64,000 bases of DNA, taken from contig NIVC01000934.1 in the NCBI GenBank assembly GCA_002269645.1, positions 186,001 to 250,000 on the forward strand, written 5' to 3'. The translations under genes and the position numbers were made by a program. Positions 58,614 to 64,000 of this stretch are shown here, piece after piece. This stretch comes from Macrostomum lignano (Eukaryota). Within the stretch, counting starts at the first letter, position 1. The number at the start of each line of letters is the position of its first letter. The notes beneath the pieces are model-generated. The model was not told the origin of the DNA. It searched no databases and was given only the letters and a program-made list of their open reading frames with translations.

Positions 58614-60253
58614 ACATTTTACTGTTTTGACCTTGGGTACTTTGGTATAGCAGATGAAAGGCTAGGTATAATAGGTGATGTTTGTCTTTGACATTTTAGT
58701 GTTTAAAAAGCAAAGACAAAGATTGGCAATAGTTGTTAATTCATAATGTTGATTCTTCTACCCTGTTGTCTTATCTTGCATCCCAGAATTAATGTTATAT
58801 AAATATATTGGTTTGGGCCTTGCGCCTATTAATTGCTCTGTTTATTATAGGTGCTTCTTACTCCTAGGAGTGTCCTCTGAGTAAGCCTCTGTATAAGCAC
58901 AAGCCATCTTCTCAAACTCATTTTGTCATGCCAAGCCTCTCAAGTGATGCAATGCCTTCCTAAGACACTGCTCCTGACCTGCCTTCTGGGACATCCATTA
59001 GGAGCTCAATGTCAATGGTCATTCCAGCATGTCACTTAGAGGCAAAGTTGAGATTCAGCTAGCCTCATTTGATGGCAACTGCCTAAACTATAGCTGTGAG
59101 GTTCAGGAAGATGCTCTAGTATAGACAAGGCAGGTCATCCTGCAGAATGTAGAGGTATAGGATCACCTTGGGTGCCACATCTCAAGTGACGTCTGTGAAT
59201 GCCTTCTCAAACTCTATTGCCTCCTGAGCAATGGCCATGACACAGAAAGGCAACTGGACTAGGTTGGCCACATAGTCTCGTCATATGGACCATTGACATT
59301 CCATTGTAGGCATAGATGAGAGCTACCTGGGTTTGCAAGGCCACAGATGAGGTCATGTCAATCAGGGAGGCCATTACCCTCTTGGGACTTTTAATGATTA
59401 TAATAACAGTCTATATATATTTTATAAAGAAAAATGAATGTAAAAAATTTCTAAATCTAACTTAAGTCCCTATTCAAAGTGAATTTAGCCCATACTAATA
59501 GCCAAAAAAGAGAAAAAATGCAATTAAACATGGTGTGAAAGTCATAGCCATATAAAGCTTTGAAAACCTTATATTGATTGATATTGCTACCTACTATTGC
59601 TGTCTAGGCATTCAGGGGTTGCATTGCTAAAGCCTTGCTAAGAGCAGGCCTACTAAGCTGTATGCAGGTACTAGTCATGCTGCCACACTTTAGCAGTTCT
59701 GCAAAGTGGTATAGGTTCAAGTTGCATGTGCTTGCACATTTAGCAGAGCCCAAATGCCAGCCAATTTTTTATCAATTATAATAGCTTCTGTAAGCATCTA
59801 TATTGATGCACTTAAACTAATTTTGTTTTAATTTGCAAGTTGCTAAGTAACAACTTCTATAGTTGTTATAGCATCCCCTAGCTACGAGGGGCTAGCTACG
59901 CATAGTCATACGAGTAAGTTTTAGGCTTTCTTATTACTATTACGAGCTATGCCCAAAACAGGGTAAGTTAGAAAGCATTGCAGTTGCCCATTGCCTCTAA
60001 TTATCCAACCCTCTATCATCGGTGTGAGCATTTGGTTCTGCTTTACTAATTGCTCACCTGAGCGCTGAGTTCCTCTCCCTCAATCAGCTAGTTCGCTGCA
60101 CCTGTCACCTCCACCCCGCTGCCCCTTTAATTGCTGGGCCAGCCATGCAGTCAGTTTGGTGACAGAAGCCGCTGTACACCCTGCTCAGGAGTACATAAGC
60201 ATGAATGCCTGCTTATGCAATGCAACCCGCAGCCAAGCAGCCAGCCAGCAGCC

Positions 60254-60703
60254 ATGGAGCGCACCTACATCATGATCAAGCCGGACGGTGTCCAGCGCGG
60301 CCTTGTTGGCAAAATCATCAAGCGATTCGAGCAGCGCGGCTTCCGCCTGGTTGCCATGAAGATGATGCAGCCCGGCCGGCCGCTGCTTGAGGAGCACTAT
60401 GGCGATCTCAAGGCCAAGCCGTTCTTCCCCGGCCTTATCGACTACATGCTGTCCGGCCCGGTGGTCTGCATGGTCTGGGAGGGCGAGGAGGTGGTCAAGA
60501 TCGGCCGCATGATGCTGGGCGCCACCAAGCCGATTGACAGCCTGCCCGGCACCATCCGCGGCGACTATTGCATCGTGACTGGCCGCAACATCGTGCACGG
60601 CTCGGACGCGGTGGCCTCCGCCCAGAAGGAGATCGCCCTGTGGTTCAAGCCGGAGGAGCTGGTGGACTACAAGCTGGCCAACCATGGCTGGATCTACGAG
60701 TAG
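60254..60703 (+). CDS. NME: Nucleoside diphosphate kinase (group I NME), 149 aa, intronless
   Basis: [19 protein letters not shown]...PGTIRGD...NIVHGSD (catalytic His)...WIYE. Confidence 0.97.
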   Translation: MERTYIMIKPDGVQRGLVGKIIKRFEQRGFRLVAMKMMQPGRPLLEEHYGDLKAKPFFPGLIDYMLSGPVVCMVWEGEEVVKIGRMMLGATKPIDSLPGTIRGDYCIVTGRNIVHGSDAVASAQKEIALWFKPEELVDYKLANHGWIYE

Positions 60704-61195
60704 ATCTGGAGCATGACCTGCCCCAGCTGTCTGATGCGACTGACTCTGTCTGTTAATGCTATAGCCCAACTCCTCAGTAACTTAGCTCTCTTTTCATTCT
60801 CTATATTATCTGGGTTTGTAGCTTTTCTTAGTCTGTTCTGGTTCCTCTTCTCTGTTCTCTATGAAGCTTTGGCACCAGCTTTTGCCCTTGATGCGTTAGA
60901 TTATGAGCACCCTAATTGCAGTGTTAACAATGCAGAGACCAGTTGCTTTAGTTTGTTAAGTTGGCCCTGCCGATTGCCCCGGCAGAATTGACCGCCTGTT
61001 CTTCTTGCAATACACGAATGAAAAGCGCTTAAGTTGCTTGCTTGTCTCCAGCTTGTTGGTCAACTGCTTCTTTGCACTTGTTTTCAATTTTGCTTTTTTT
61101 CCCGTAAGGCTACTGGCAGTAGTGTTTTGAGCAAGCTAGGCAAATTTATTTCTTAACAATAAGTAACTCAAAGTAGGTCTCTGCAACTATCTTGT

Positions 61196-61680
61196 ATTCC
61201 CAGTGTCTCATACCCGGTATTTCCTGTGTCTCATACCCGGTATTTCCAGTGTCTCATACCCGGTATTCCCAGTGTCTCATACCCGGTATTCCCAGTGTCT
61301 CATACCCGATATACCCAATGTCTCATACCCGGTATTCCCAATGTCTCATACCCGGTATTTCCAGTGTCTCATACCCGGTATTTCCAGTGTCATACCCGGA
61401 ATTCCCACTGTCTCACACTTGGTATTCCCAGTGTCTCATACCCGGTATTCCCAGTGTCTCAGACCCGGTATTCCCAGTGTCTCATACCCGGTATTCCCAG
61501 TGTCTCAGACCCGGTATTCCCAATGTCTCATACCCGGTATTCCCAGTGTCTCATACCCGGTATTCCCACTGTCTCATACCCGGTATTCCCAGTGTCTCAT
61601 ACCCGGTATTCCCACTGTCTCATACCCGGTATTCCCAGTGTCTCATACCCGGTATTCCCAGTGTCTCAGACCCGGTATTC
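61196..61680. repeat. Minisatellite, 23-bp unit (CCCAGTGTCTCATACCCGGTATT)
   Basis: About 21 units. Confidence 0.97.
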
Positions 61681-62050
61681 CGGGTTTCGCACGGGCACAG
61701 GTTTCGCACGAGATCACAGCTAGTATATGGGACATTATGTATTCGTATTCTATCCATGGCCGTCTGGTTGCCCCTCCCCATCCCCACTACTCCCGTCTAC
61801 CGCCACCCGCCTCCTCCCTCCCGTCTCTCCCGCGCCACTTTCCCGCCATCGATCGATCGAGCCGCCTCTCCATCTGCTGCTACGGCAGCTTTTGCTGCTT
61901 TCGGGCTTATCTGACTCCCCTCTCTTTCCCTTGTAAACCCGGGGGCGTGCGCGCATCTTCCCTTAGGCCGGGGAATATTTCTCTCTCGAGTGGCCCTCGC
62001 TGCCCACGCGGCCTGTCTTTATTGGCTGTTGCAGCTGCCAGTCTATGGGA

Positions 62051-62126
62051 CTGACGGCATTCCACTCGGCGTGACTCACCCGGCCGTCAGTGGGATGTAT
62101 ATAATAACCCACTTATTTGGCTTAGT
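62051..62126 (+). promoter_or_regulatory. Candidate beta-tubulin core promoter
   Basis: TATATAA at 62098-62104, TTAGT initiator-like at 62121, TGACTCA at 62072 inside an 8-bp inverted repeat (CTGACGGC/GCCGTCAG). Confidence 0.45.
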
Positions 62127-62220
62127 CTGCTTTCGCTTATAAGATAGCGCCTTATTAATAACTTATCGTGTTTTATTATTCCAGCTTTCAAGCTAAACCA
62201 GCTACAGACACTGCCGAATC

Positions 62221-64000
<1,780 letters not shown>

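Overview
Eukaryotic (animal) genomic DNA with GT-AG introns, GC3-rich exons, many minisatellites and transposon debris. The style suggests a free-living flatworm such as Macrostomum (inference only). From left to right the window holds: an intact Bel/Pao LTR retrotransposon (identical 289-bp LTRs, GCCCC target-site duplication, 1930-aa gag-pol); a 6-exon cyclin G-like gene; a ~1.7-kb 16-bp satellite in which most units carry the AP-1 motif TGACTCA; two intronless class-A-like GPCR paralogs (the second has two 1-bp deletions); a tandem family of four unrecognised ~5-TM membrane-protein genes (A-D, minus strand) interrupted by an ankyrin-repeat plus STE/MAP3K-like kinase gene; AT-rich, strongly CpG-depleted blocks; a DNAJC14/Jiv-like gene lacking the HPD motif; an intronless NDP kinase; and a beta-tubulin running off the window end. 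The most notable observations are the 5-TM family (with colinear motif echoes of the neighbouring GPCRs), a Penelope-type hammerhead ribozyme inserted sense in the probable 3' UTR of paralog B, and a reconstructable duplication/deletion history. All gene models and counts were made by eye.
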